A stretch of 62,286 nt of DNA, filler included, from Globobulimina sp. (GCA_003354225.1; 36 parts of 36 records of this genome joined end to end with filler, not necessarily neighbours in it); one strand, 5' to 3'; shown: positions 23,784-34,617, numbered from the whole stretch's first letter. The notes: generated from the letters alone by a model not told the origin. Numbers and translations are program-made.

Positions 23784-24218
23784 ATGTCGCATTTCTCCAT
23801 GGTCCAGAAAGAAAAGAATGTGATCGGAAACCAACAAATTTGCAGATACTTTGGTTTTGGCTATGGATGTCACTTCGGAAATAAATGTAGATTTCGACAT
23901 GTTTATGAAGAGAATGGTGTTCGTTACGAGATGAAAGAAGAAAGCAAAGAAAATAATAATTATAAACCGGTTTATAACTATGAGAATGAGGGAATGTTTG
24001 TGATTATACGAAAGAAAGATTTTGATCATCACAAAGTGGAATCATTGGTGCTTTCGACAGTCTCAAAGATGAAAATAAGAAAATTACCATTTTTTGTATT
24101 TGATATTCATAATACGACGGAATTTACAGATCGCGCTACAAATAAACAATATTTAGACTTAAATGTATTAGAATATGTACAGAAATTACATGAAAATAAT
24201 TATTCTGTTTTGTTTTTA
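23784..24218 (+). CDS. CCCH zinc-finger protein followed by a HAD-like domain start, partial
   Basis: CRYFGFGYGCHFGNKCRFRH; FFVFDIHNT...VLEYVQKLHENNYSVLFL. Confidence 0.6.
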
Positions 24219-24929
24219 NNNNNNNNNNNNNNNNNNNNNNNNNNNNNNNNNNNNNNNNNNNNTTAATTAATTAANNNNNNNNNNNNNNNNNNNNNNNNNN
24301 NNNNNNNNNNNNNNNNNNTATTTCAAATGATCAAAGCCATCCATTCACTGATAAATCTTTTGAAGAATTACGATTTGAAGATGAATATTATGAAAGTCAT
24401 TGTTGCGAGCGGTGTAAATTGTGAATTATTGTGTTTTTATTGCTTTTGAAAGCACTGATAATATCAGAATGTTTATGAGAGTGAGCACTAAATTGAAAAG
24501 TTAACAAATTAATAAAAAATAATAAAGGGATAATACAGGGAATGTGCATACAAAAATTAGGATAAACTATACAAAAAAATACAAAAAATAATAGATAAAA
24601 AGGAAGTGATACTAATATCCACCAACTCCATCCTCTAGAAATCCGCAGTAATACGGGAATAGCCATTAATGTCACTGCTAACATCATTTATGTCGCTTGG
24701 CACCGTGGCAGTGATCGTATAGCGTACTTCTTGCATTAATAAAGGTGCCGAGCCAAACGAATACTTCCTAGTCAATAATGCGTCGACTTTGTCCATGCAA
24801 ACGACAACACCAACAGTTGAATGGATTATAAATGGACGGGAATGGTTTCATTGGAGATTGAATTTGGAAAGGAAAAGATGAAGAAATTGGTGGTGGTGAA
24901 CCACAAAGAAAAGGATGAAAATTAATGAT

Positions 24930-25265
24930 AGATTTGGTGGCAATGCACAGCCACAACAACAACACCAAAAAATGCTATTTAAAATGAGAATTGTGGCAAT
25001 CCACAGCCACAACAACAACTACACCAAAAAAAGTAACAGAAAAAATGATTTGGCAATCCACAGCCACAAGAAAACAAATGATCGACATTTTAATATAATG
25101 AGAGAGATATTTTATTTGCGGCAATCAATAGCTACAAAAACAGCACGCATATATTGATTTATATAAATGGAATTTAATTGAAGCAACGCCAACGTGGCAA
25201 TCCACAGATACAGTAACACCAAAAAATGATATTTGAATAAATTATTTGGTGACAATCCATAGCCA
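24930..25265 (+). repeat. Degenerate repeats GGCAATCCACAGCCACAA (about 6 copies), encoding FGGNPQPQQQ-like peptides in broken frames
   Basis: Copies near 24938, 24995, 25052, 25120, 25196 and 25249. Confidence 0.7.
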
Positions 25266-25723
25266 GATGGCAGATGAGTATGATGGCCATCATAAAAACA
25301 AAAAACCAAAAATAATGATAGTTTGAGTTGCAATCTGCCATGCCATATCCTTTCAATACGGGGACCACTCCACGGGTTGTTGTATTGTGCCTTAACATAC
25401 TCATTTGTCTGACGCCAGGCCCTTGGAAACGAACTAAATTGGCAACGATAACTGGTCTGTAGTCGGCGCGTTTAATTTGGGTCGGATATTGGAGCATTTT
25501 CGTGATGATTTTCTTGTAATGAGCATTGGAGACCGTGTGAGCTGTGGTATATGAGTCAATTATAAGATTATATGGTAGGGAACCTAACGAATATCGTCCA
25601 TGCACTTTTCTATAGCGCCGCAAATTCGCATATAGCGAGTTTCTGTCATTCTCCCTCTTGTTATCGAAAGGATTATTTACCTTCTGGGCTGGCTGCGTGT
25701 CGATGGCCACAATTCGCTGACGT

Positions 25724-25942
25724 TTGTTGAGTCTGCCAGACTGGGCACGATTTACAGCACCTTTAAGTTGGACATTTGTGCCGACATCAGATATCGACTC
25801 AAAATGTGCCAAAACATTGTATTATCAAAATATCGTTATTTCAAATGATCAAAGCCATCCATTCACTGATAAATCTTTTGAAGAATTACGATTTGAAGAT
25901 GAATATTATGAAAGTCATTGTTGCGAGCGGTGTAAATTGTGA
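25724..25942 (+). pseudogene. Nup98-like GLEBS (Rae1-binding) motif fragment
   Basis: FVPTSDID...YYQNI...FTDKSFEELRFEDEYY resembles the GLEBS consensus KSxEELRxEDY. Confidence 0.55.
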
Positions 25943-26055
25943 ATTATTGTGTTTTNNNNNNNNNNNNNNNNNNNNNNNNNNNNNNNNNNNNNNNNNNNNT
26001 TAATTAATTAANNNNNNNNNNNNNNNNNNNNNNNNNNNNNNNNNNNNNNNNNNNN

Positions 26056-26358
26056 ATAAGTTTGCATTGTGGCAATATACTGAAACCAATAAATAGTGTT
26101 GAACGGATATTGGAGGATCCTTCGTTGCAAATGGAGAAGAAACAGAGTTGGGAATTGAATGGCATTGGATTGCAATCTGCAGTTTGTGATGTGGTGTTTC
26201 CTGGGATTGGATGGATTGCATTGACTGGAACCAATAAAATAAAATTTACTGCTCATTCTATCAAGGATTTGAAAGTTGGTGTAAGGAAACCATTGTTGTC
26301 AAGGGATATGTATAGAAATGTTAAAAAGTATCAAGGAGTACCGCATAAAAAGTGGTGA
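26056..26358 (+). CDS. NOA1/YqeH-family GTPase C-terminal fragment
   Basis: CDVVFPGIGWIALTG...VGVRKPLL. Confidence 0.65.
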   Translation: MSLHCGNILKPINSVERILEDPSLQMEKKQSWELNGIGLQSAVCDVVFPGIGWIALTGTNKIKFTAHSIKDLKVGVRKPLLSRDMYRNVKKYQGVPHKKW

Positions 26359-26445
26359 TTATGATCAAATTTGTTACTTTCGTGAAAAACTAAAATTAAT
26401 ATTTATACACATGCTGACATGCAACAGTTAATAATACTGATTAAT

Positions 26446-27623
26446 TTACATTGTATTGTATTGTTTAAATGGATTAAATGATTCTTGATCAAGCTTATTT
26501 TTTTCAATTTGTGTATCACAATAATTTGCCATTGCTTTCAAGAATGGAACCATTTTCTGATCTTGTTTTAATGGATCAGAAACTAAATGTTTTGGCCCTG
26601 CTTCACCAACAATTACACGCGAAGATAATCCGTTTTGTAAACCTTTTTTCGTAAAATTCCAATAAATATTTGTTACTCCATCAGGATCGTTCCAATCTTG
26701 GACTGGATCTTCAACATTGACCGATATATCACCATAAACCCTTGCCATTCGGACATGTGTATGTTCCATTTTACTTAATATCCGATCCACATATGGTCCT
26801 TTCAACATTCCCCTGCAAATAAAATGTGATAAATCGCCATTTAACTCAAACTCTTTATGATTCTCATCCATTATTCGCACGAATGCTTCAGGATCTTCGC
26901 TGATTCTGCCAACATGCGTTTCGACATAAAAATTTAAACCATTTTCAAAACAAATATTCTGTAAAATATTTATTCTGTCAATATATTCATTTATTAATTT
27001 GTTGTCTTTTCGATATGAACCATCCCCAGTCATATATCGATCTGGTAGCCATATTTGAAAGGTAACATATTCGACACCTAATTTCCGATTAAAATGCAAG
27101 GATTCTTGCAAATCATTTAAATATTTGTCAACATTCTCAGCACTCCAATCATTATCTCGCGAATGTAATAACATTCCAAATATTTGTAAATTTGCTGCAT
27201 CGAATTTACATTTTATGATATTTATTATTTCTTCATTTGAAAGAGATGAATTTTTAAAATATAATGATTCAAAATTTTCAAGCGACATTTCAATGCCTTC
27301 ATATCCTGAGTTTTTTAAGTATTTTACTAATCTCTCCAATGTATTTACACGTAAATCACTGTTCATATCGGCACGGATTACTGGCCATTCCGCCAAAGCT
27401 ATTCGATGCCTATCTGATAAGATACGATTTGATTCTATTCTTTGTGTCGCATCTGTCGTTTGTATTATCTTTTTATTTGTTATGATAAAATTCTAATGCA
27501 ATGCAATATTTACAAACCATTGGGTGAAGTCAGTATTGTGGCAGCAAAACACGTTGAAATGGAAGTTGCTGTGATTGCTTTGTAACAAGATGCTCCAAAT
27601 CTAAAACCAAGACGTCTCCACAT
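26446..27623 (-). CDS. Xylose-isomerase-like TIM-barrel protein with putative mitochondrial presequence, intron 27453-27517
   Basis: GYEGIE, YVETH, NGDLSH, HTHVR. Exon 1 MWRRLGFRFGASCYKAITATS... splices in frame. Confidence 0.75.
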
Positions 27624-27981
27624 TACACTTTAAGCTTTATAACTAAAGCAGACAACTATTCACTGAAAACTCGCATTTCACAGTTGTGAAANNNNNNNNN
27701 NNNNNNNNNNNNNNNNNNNNNNNNNNNNNNNNNNNTTAATTAATTAANNNNNNNNNNNNNNNNNNNNNNNNNNNNNNNNNNNNNNNNNNNNCATATGGCA
27801 ACCAAGTATTCGAAGTTGACCTAGTATTCGAATCCTAGTATTCAAAATTGAAAACCACTCTAGCTAACCCAAAAACCTTGCCAATCGCAAAAGAAGTGTT
27901 AAGAAGTGAACCTAAAAAGTCAACTAAATAACAATCAATCCGCAAAAAAAAAGAGAGAGAAACAGTTAAAGTGATACAAAT

Positions 27982-28842
27982 TCAGATTGCATTGAGCCAT
28001 AAAGCAATGTGATTCCACAACCATATATTTAATGGAAATAAACTTAATGCCACAAGATAGATAATGACGCACCAATGAGGCCGTGGGCTCAGTATAATGT
28101 GATACAAATGAAAACCCATTGGATCCATAATAAATAAATAAATTAATACATAAAGCATTGCAATAAAAACACCCATCCACAAATCAAAAAATGTCAATAT
28201 TCGAGCATTTAATAAGTGATCCAATGCAGCAAATGGTAAATTCAATAAATGCACATTGAGTAAAAACGGGGATTTATTAAATGCGAGGAATGTTTGTTGT
28301 GCTCTTTCTGATTTAATGAAACATAAAATGAATGGAAATAACACTAACCACCAAATTGAAACAGTGATTGCATTGCATGCTAATGACGGAAATCTTAATA
28401 GCTCGCTTAGCACAAAAAATATTCTATTATCAAAACCAAATGACACCAATGAAGAGAAAAAATATCTGACTGTGAATAAATTCCATGACATCATGGTGAA
28501 GCTTGTTAATGGTAACCAGCTGTAACAAACACATATAACTGTCACTAATGCAAAGCCATAAAATGACAATAATAATCTCCATGCACCACTCCAAAAGGTG
28601 AAAGAATTTGTACTTGAAATTGGAAATTCATTGTATGCAAATTGCCATTCATATGCCATGGCCGTCACACATAATACTAAAAATGCATACGCTGTGGGAG
28701 ACCAGGGACCATAGCGAAGAAATCTTGGCATTTTATCTAAGACTGATGAGTAGGCAGATTTTTGTAAATTTCGCTTTAAATGGATGGTACGCGCTGTATC
28801 ATCACGCTTTAATCTTTCAGGTCTTTCAAAAAGAGTCGCCAT
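27982..28842 (-). CDS. Multi-pass membrane protein, FAR-17a/AIG1-like
   Basis: About 7-8 TM helices; SFTMMSW (Thr), ITVSIWW, LNVHLLN (His), LYHIILSP. Confidence 0.55.
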   Translation of the reverse strand: MATLFERPERLKRDDTARTIHLKRNLQKSAYSSVLDKMPRFLRYGPWSPTAYAFLVLCVTAMAYEWQFAYNEFPISSTNSFTFWSGAWRLLLSFYGFALVTVICVCYSWLPLTSFTMMSWNLFTVRYFFSSLVSFGFDNRIFFVLSELLRFPSLACNAITVSIWWLVLFPFILCFIKSERAQQTFLAFNKSPFLLNVHLLNLPFAALDHLLNARILTFFDLWMGVFIAMLYVLIYLFIMDPMGFHLYHIILSPRPHWCVIIYLVALSLFPLNIWLWNHIALWLNAI

Positions 28843-29015
28843 GGTTGAAATTTCTATAAATTCTGCAACTTCCAAATGTTGACAGTAAAGTTTTTTCTCA
28901 GTCTGTGTTTGAATGGTTGCTTTTGCACCCAAAATGAATATCAAATCGGTGACTTGGCGACATTGTACACAAAAAGTGATTGAAAATAATATTGAAGAAG
29001 TCAAAACTTGGCAAC

Positions 29016-29427
29016 CATATGGCAACCTAGTATTCGAAGTTGACCTAGTACTTTAGAATATGACCTGTTTGAAACACTGCGTTTTAGAAAAATTTTAAAA
29101 CATATGGAGAGGTCATCACCATCTCCTAACAAAACGACTTGCAATTTGCGGATTTTAAAAACAATGTGTTTCAAGGTCATATTCTAAAGTATTCGAATCC
29201 TAGTATTCAAAGTTGAAAACCACTCTAGCTAACCCAAAAACCTTGCCAATCAAAAAAGAAGTGTAAAGAAGTGAACCTAAAAAGTCAACTAAATAACAAT
29301 CAATCCGCAAAAAAAAAGAGAGAGAAACAGTTAAAGTGATACAAATTCAGATTGCATTGAGCCATAAAGCAATGCGATTCCACAACCATATATTTAATGG
29401 AAATAAACTTAATGCGACAAGATAGAT
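29016..29427. repeat. Second, diverged tandem copy of the unit starting at 27792 (period 1224 bp), including the 3' end of the gene
   Basis: Near-identical to 27792-28062, with several substitutions and one insertion. Confidence 0.9.
29051..29189. mobile_element. 139-bp MITE with TIRs and TA target-site duplication
   Basis: CTTTAGAATATGACC(TGT)TTGAAACAC ... GTGTTTCAAGGTCATATTCTAAAG, with TA on both sides. The empty site is at 27825-27826 in the other copy. Confidence 0.9.
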
Positions 29428-30073
29428 NNNNNNNNNNNNNNNNNNNNNNNNNNNNNNNNNNNNNNNNNNNNTTAATTAATTAANNNNNNNNNNNNNNNNN
29501 NNNNNNNNNNNNNNNNNNNNNNNNNNNCAATGGAATAGCTCGATTTGAGTTTTTTATGAATAAGACGTATTCGTACTAAAGGAAACTACATTGGGCAACT
29601 ACCTAGTTTTGTAACTCATTGTATTTTACAAACTTCGAGTTGCCCAACATAGTAATTGGTTCCTATAGTTCCGTAATTCTTTTAATACTGCGGTAGTTGT
29701 TTCTATATAGTTTTCATTGCCTGAATTTTTTAAAATAAATTCTATAAGACCAATTGTCCCCAATTCTTCCTCAAACTTACCATATTTCCTTGCGAGTATT
29801 TTTAATGCTTTTTTATAGATAACAATAACAGTTAAAAATTTTAGAATGCATTCGCATAAACAAAAAATGTACGACAACTAAACAGATTTGTTCAGAATAT
29901 ATGCTTTCATAGCTCTTTGAGGTGTTACTGGCTATGTAACTTTTCTATTATTCCGATAGTCCGAACCAAACAAAGCCGGCCATTTCATTAAAATCTGCTG
30001 AAAAATTGACTAAAATTAGAAATTTCTATACAATAAGGACAACTTTAATGCTTTTTATGTTAGGAGATTTACT

Positions 30074-30763
30074 ATGACTTTTTACCGCTATAAAAATTTT
30101 ATTATCCTCACGATGACTTTGCTATTCAATTTAACCATGATCTCAACCTCATACGGTGTAACATTTGAAAACAAAGTTAATGCAATCATAGAAATATCGT
30201 ATAATACATTTTTGGTTTGCGATGAAAAAATAGATTTTGAGGAACATAGAGTAGTTTTATCACCAGATGAAAAATTTAATGTTGATATCATCCGTAAGTC
30301 CCGCGGTTCGAAAGCAAGAATTCCACTATATGACCACAAATTAACTGAAAGAAGTTATAAAAGGTCAAAAGCTTTATATGGGCAACGTCAGCACAACATA
30401 TACAGCCATGCTTCCATTCTCCAAGAACAGTTAAAAAAAATTAACCCAAGCACTAGATTATTATTGTCCAGGATTCCCGTAATTACTGATGTTAAAATAT
30501 TACAAGCTCCTTCTGTCCAAAATCTCGAATATAGCAAAACTAATCGTAATGCAAAATTGCATTCAAAGTTAACAAAAAATCTTTCTGATGTGAGCCGCGG
30601 TTATATTAAAACCACCCAAAATACCTTATTTTTTCTACTAAAGTCTAAAATACAAGGAAATAAATGGATGCAGAATAAAATAACTATAGAAAAAATTGGA
30701 GACGATGAAGCATCAGTTTACGAGATTCAACAAAAGCCTAATGGGAAAATTATTTTAAAATAA
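30074..30763 (+). CDS. Bacterial-type hypothetical exported protein
   Basis: AGGAG Shine-Dalgarno 7 nt before the ATG, signal-peptide-like N-terminus, no introns. Confidence 0.65.
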   Translation: MTFYRYKNFIILTMTLLFNLTMISTSYGVTFENKVNAIIEISYNTFLVCDEKIDFEEHRVVLSPDEKFNVDIIRKSRGSKARIPLYDHKLTERSYKRSKALYGQRQHNIYSHASILQEQLKKINPSTRLLLSRIPVITDVKILQAPSVQNLEYSKTNRNAKLHSKLTKNLSDVSRGYIKTTQNTLFFLLKSKIQGNKWMQNKITIEKIGDDEASVYEIQQKPNGKIILK

Positions 30764-32459
30764 ACTGGGAATTGCTGTAAAAGCCTGTTTGAGTCAATAG
30801 TGTAATGTTCGCCACTGAAATTTTTAAAGTAAGAAAAAGATTTGGTACGCTCCCATATTCTATGTTCGAGACAATTCCACCCAACATCTGCACGATTGGC
30901 GACTATTATTAATTCGCCTTTGCTATTCACATCTACAACACCAGTTTGTGATACATCACCAAATATCCCATTTTATTTTGGCATTATTTACGTGCGTTTC
31001 TACTCTACGATACAAGATATCAATATTATTATTTAAATCACTACTTTTACCGATCGCTAGATTGTTCTCAATCATTTTCTCTCCTAATGCCCATCTAATC
31101 CTTATATAGCGGAGTATATCACCTTGAATTCTTCTAATAACTGCAACTTAAAAATCCCAGTAANNNNNNNNNNNNNNNNNNNNNNNNNNNNNNNNNNNNN
31201 NNNNNNNTTAATTAATTAANNNNNNNNNNNNNNNNNNNNNNNNNNNNNNNNNNNNNNNNNNNNGAATTATTGTTTTATATGATAATAAAAATTGAAACCA
31301 ATTAATAATATCAAAAGTATTACAATAATTATTAATGTATGATGATGTTATTTGCATTCGTACTTTCAAAGGAAACGGACTTTTAATAAAATATTTATCC
31401 ATCATCCATATGTATATAACACACCACAATGCATTACAAATATATTAATATTCTAACCGTTGCACACAAATGCACATTGTTAGAGCAGCAAACTCAAAAA
31501 AAAAAGCATTATTTCAAACTTCTTCAAATCATCCTCTTTTCTAAGCATATAAGACTCGCGCTGTGATATTAGAGCTATTCGACTTGCGCTGTGATTCGAA
31601 ATTGTGAATGTAGACACTCTCAAATACCAATTATATAATCAAAACATTAGAACTGTGGTAATCAATGAACAAGGACCCTTTCTACCATTTAAATACACAA
31701 AATATAACCTCAAACTAGAATTTTCTTCGACTGCATGCGTCGCGAATATGCGTGGTATAAAATAAAAATACGGCATGAATAAATCCATTTAAATGCCATG
31801 GAAGAGCAGCGATGTACAGCCCGTCATTACATACTGCCTTAGCTATGAATATGAGTGATATTATAAATTATTTATAATATTCTCGTAAAATCACCTCGTT
31901 AATCCAGCACAAATCAACAATCCGTTTACCACAATTACAAGAATAAAGCGATAGACTTTGGCTCCTCGACAATGTGAAAAAACACACTCATATCACACAT
32001 AAGCATCGTAGGTGGCCACTCTTTCCGTGTTCACTGACGGTCGTATCACTGCACTGCACTCTTTTTGAGGTAGGGAGCTCCCATTTAATTGTAGCTATTA
32101 CATATTACTCCGCAGTCCCTCGAGCTACACAAATATCAATATCATAATCATTATAGTTTGAAACTCAAAAACATTACAAAATATGCATTGTATGCACCTG
32201 CAAATATTAATGGCTGCGATAATTATTACAATGAAACATTCACAATTTCCAATCACAGCACATCACAGCCGTAGAATATGAGGGTATATGCTTAGAAACG
32301 ATAATTATAATTAAATTTAATTAATATAAATTATACAAATTTGTTTCATGTTTGTTGTTTAAAACTTTTTTTTAGCGAACTAGTCTTAACCGTAAGCATA
32401 GGCGGTTGCTGCACTGCGATCTATTTCAATCACAACAAACCAACACAAACAAGAAAAAC

Positions 32460-32899
32460 ATGGATGTGGACAGACAAAAAGCAGCCAAACAATACACAAC
32501 AAAACAATCCATATCCACTGCTAAACAGACACAAGAAAACAAAGCAAATTCAGTGCCAACAACAGAATCAAACGAAGCGAGTCATAACAAAGCAAACAAG
32601 CAAAACGATGATGCATCCAAACCAACGATCGATTTTGATATATTTTTAGAGAATAAAGCCAATGAAACGGATAATGAGAGTGATAAATGTGGGCATAACG
32701 TAAATGACTGCAAACCAATAAAACGAGTGATTGCGGCATTAATATATTATGAAATATTAAATGAGCGACAAACTGCTAACAGCAGCGGACAGAGAATATT
32801 TAGCGAGTTTTTGTGTGAAATGTATGCAAATTATTTGGATGACATCGCTCATTTCGTGGTATCGCATGACGGCGATTTAGAATTAATAAATATTTTATT
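32460..32899 (+). CDS. Uncharacterised protein with a CxxIxRxxxALxYY / LDDxxHxVxxH domain, partial
   Basis: Motifs shared with 45289-46408. Confidence 0.6.
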
Positions 32900-33089
32900 N
32901 NNNNNNNNNNNNNNNNNNNNNNNNNNNNNNNNNNNNNNNNNNNTTAATTAATTAANNNNNNNNNNNNNNNNNNNNNNNNNNNNNNNNNNNNNNNNNNNNT
33001 GAGGTTGATCCAAAACACAAAAATAAATTGTAATGATTGGGATTTATGTATGACTATTTCCACAGGACTTTATTTTATTTTTGTTTTTA

Positions 33090-33168
33090 TAACGTTTTTC
33101 ATAATCGAGGTAACGTTTTTCATAATCCAGGTAACGTTTTTCATAATCGAGGTAACGTTTTTCATAAT
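33090..33168. repeat. 21-bp minisatellite TAACGTTTTTCATAATC(G/C)AGG, about 3.8 copies
   Basis: Direct inspection. Confidence 0.9.
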
Positions 33169-34089
33169 CTCATCGCCGCTTTGCTTGGTCAATTGTAACA
33201 AGTCTCGCAACTAAAACAGGTCATGTAATAATATTATGTTATTATATTTGTTTGGCTGACAGATATTGAGCAGATATTATAAACAAATATGCTTAACATG
33301 ACGACGACGAATGGTGTATTATTGAGAGCGATTTGCCACTGATTTGAAAACGATGAAATGCCACCAATTGCACTCAAAATCACATTATATCCACAAACCA
33401 ATCCAAATCGCATGGAATGTATGAGATCATATGAGGAAAAATCCGTATATATTTATGTATATATTTTTGTATATGATTTGAAAATACGCAAATATGATTG
33501 ATATGATTTGAAAAGGAAGAAATGACCAAATTACACTCAAAATCACATAATATTCACAAACCAGTCAAAATCACATGAAGTAACATTCAAAATATTCCAT
33601 CCAATACATTTCAATGACATCAATGCATGAGATCATATGAGGAAAAATACGAATTTTTATCACAAAACACAGTCAAAGTAACACAGCGAATTGCCACTGG
33701 TTAACAGAGTGAATTGCCACCGGTTACAATGTGGCATATAAAGATAGAGAATTGCCACGGTCATAATTAACGTGGTCATTATGGTGTTTTGAGAGCGATT
33801 AAGAACGATGAAAATGATGCTTTAGGACAATGTGGATTTATGTTTGTTTTATGTTTGTTTTATATGGACAGAGGGAGATGTTTTTATCCTTGCACACTTT
33901 TCAGTTTTTGTATTCATTTTTTTGTTATGTTTATTTGTGTGATTTGTGTTTTTTTCACTTTAAAAAACAGTTTTTGGTATCAACAATCTGAGAAACGAAT
34001 GAATAGTGTTTGAGCGGAATTAGTCTCGCATAAACAAACAAAAGTAACAAAAAACTGAAAGTAACATATGAAATAACATAAATCCATAT

Positions 34090-34420
34090 AAAATAGATAC
34101 GGCGTAATCCGATGCCGTAAAAACCTCATAAATCCATATCGCGCCACTTTCTCTCTCTTTATATCCATATTAAATAAATAGATGCGGCGTAATCCGATGC
34201 CGTAAAAACCACATAAACACAATGCAACAAACACAAAATAAATAGCACCAAAACACATAAAACAACACAACAAAACAACACAACACAATAATAAACGGAA
34301 TAAAACAACACAAAAATACACAAACAAAATAGACGGAATAAAACAACACAAAAATACACAAAAAATAGACGGAATAACAACATAAAAATAAATAGAATAT
34401 AAACACAAAAATAACGGAAA
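34090..34420. repeat. AC-rich degenerate tandem repeats, including two copies of the hairpin (T/G)(A/G)CGGCGTAATCCGATGCCGTA
   Basis: Recurrent ACGGAATAAAACAACACAAAAATACAC units. Confidence 0.7.
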
Positions 34421-34545
34421 AAAAACACAATAAATAGAACGGTTATGAGCAAATGTAAGATTTTGTTTTATTTTGTTTTGTTTTATTTTATTTTATTATG
34501 TGTGAAATAGAGAGATTAGAGACACAAACCTGGATTGGCAATAAA

Positions 34546-34617
34546 TGTACGCAACAGGGATTGAACCTGTATCCTGGCATAAATAAGCCAGTGCTCTATC
34601 GATTGAGCTATGCGCAC
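34546..34617 (-). tRNA. tRNA-like element or pseudo-tRNA (8-nt anticodon loop), probable SINE head
   Basis: GTGCGCA/TGCGTAC acceptor, GCTC/GAGC D arm, CTGGC-TTATTTAT-GCCAG anticodon arm, ACAGG-TTCAATC-CCTGT T arm. Confidence 0.75.

Larger units (their letters stand above)
24319..25955. repeat. Contig with an exact 119-nt terminal direct repeat (24319-24437 = 25837-25955): circular or tandem 1518-bp unit
   Basis: The ends are identical base by base. Confidence 0.92.

Noticed and set aside
24930-25265. GGCAATCCACAGCCAC repeats with variable intervening DNA as a CRISPR array
   Set aside because: The repeats are degenerate, the intervening sequences are related to each other, and the context is eukaryotic. 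They fit decayed coding repeats better.
33090-33168. 21-bp repeats as a possible CRISPR array
   Set aside because: Head-to-tail with no spacers and no cas genes, so a minisatellite.
33980-34452. Three overlapping hydrophobic ORFs
   Set aside because: Artefact of TG-rich low-complexity repeats that lack stops.
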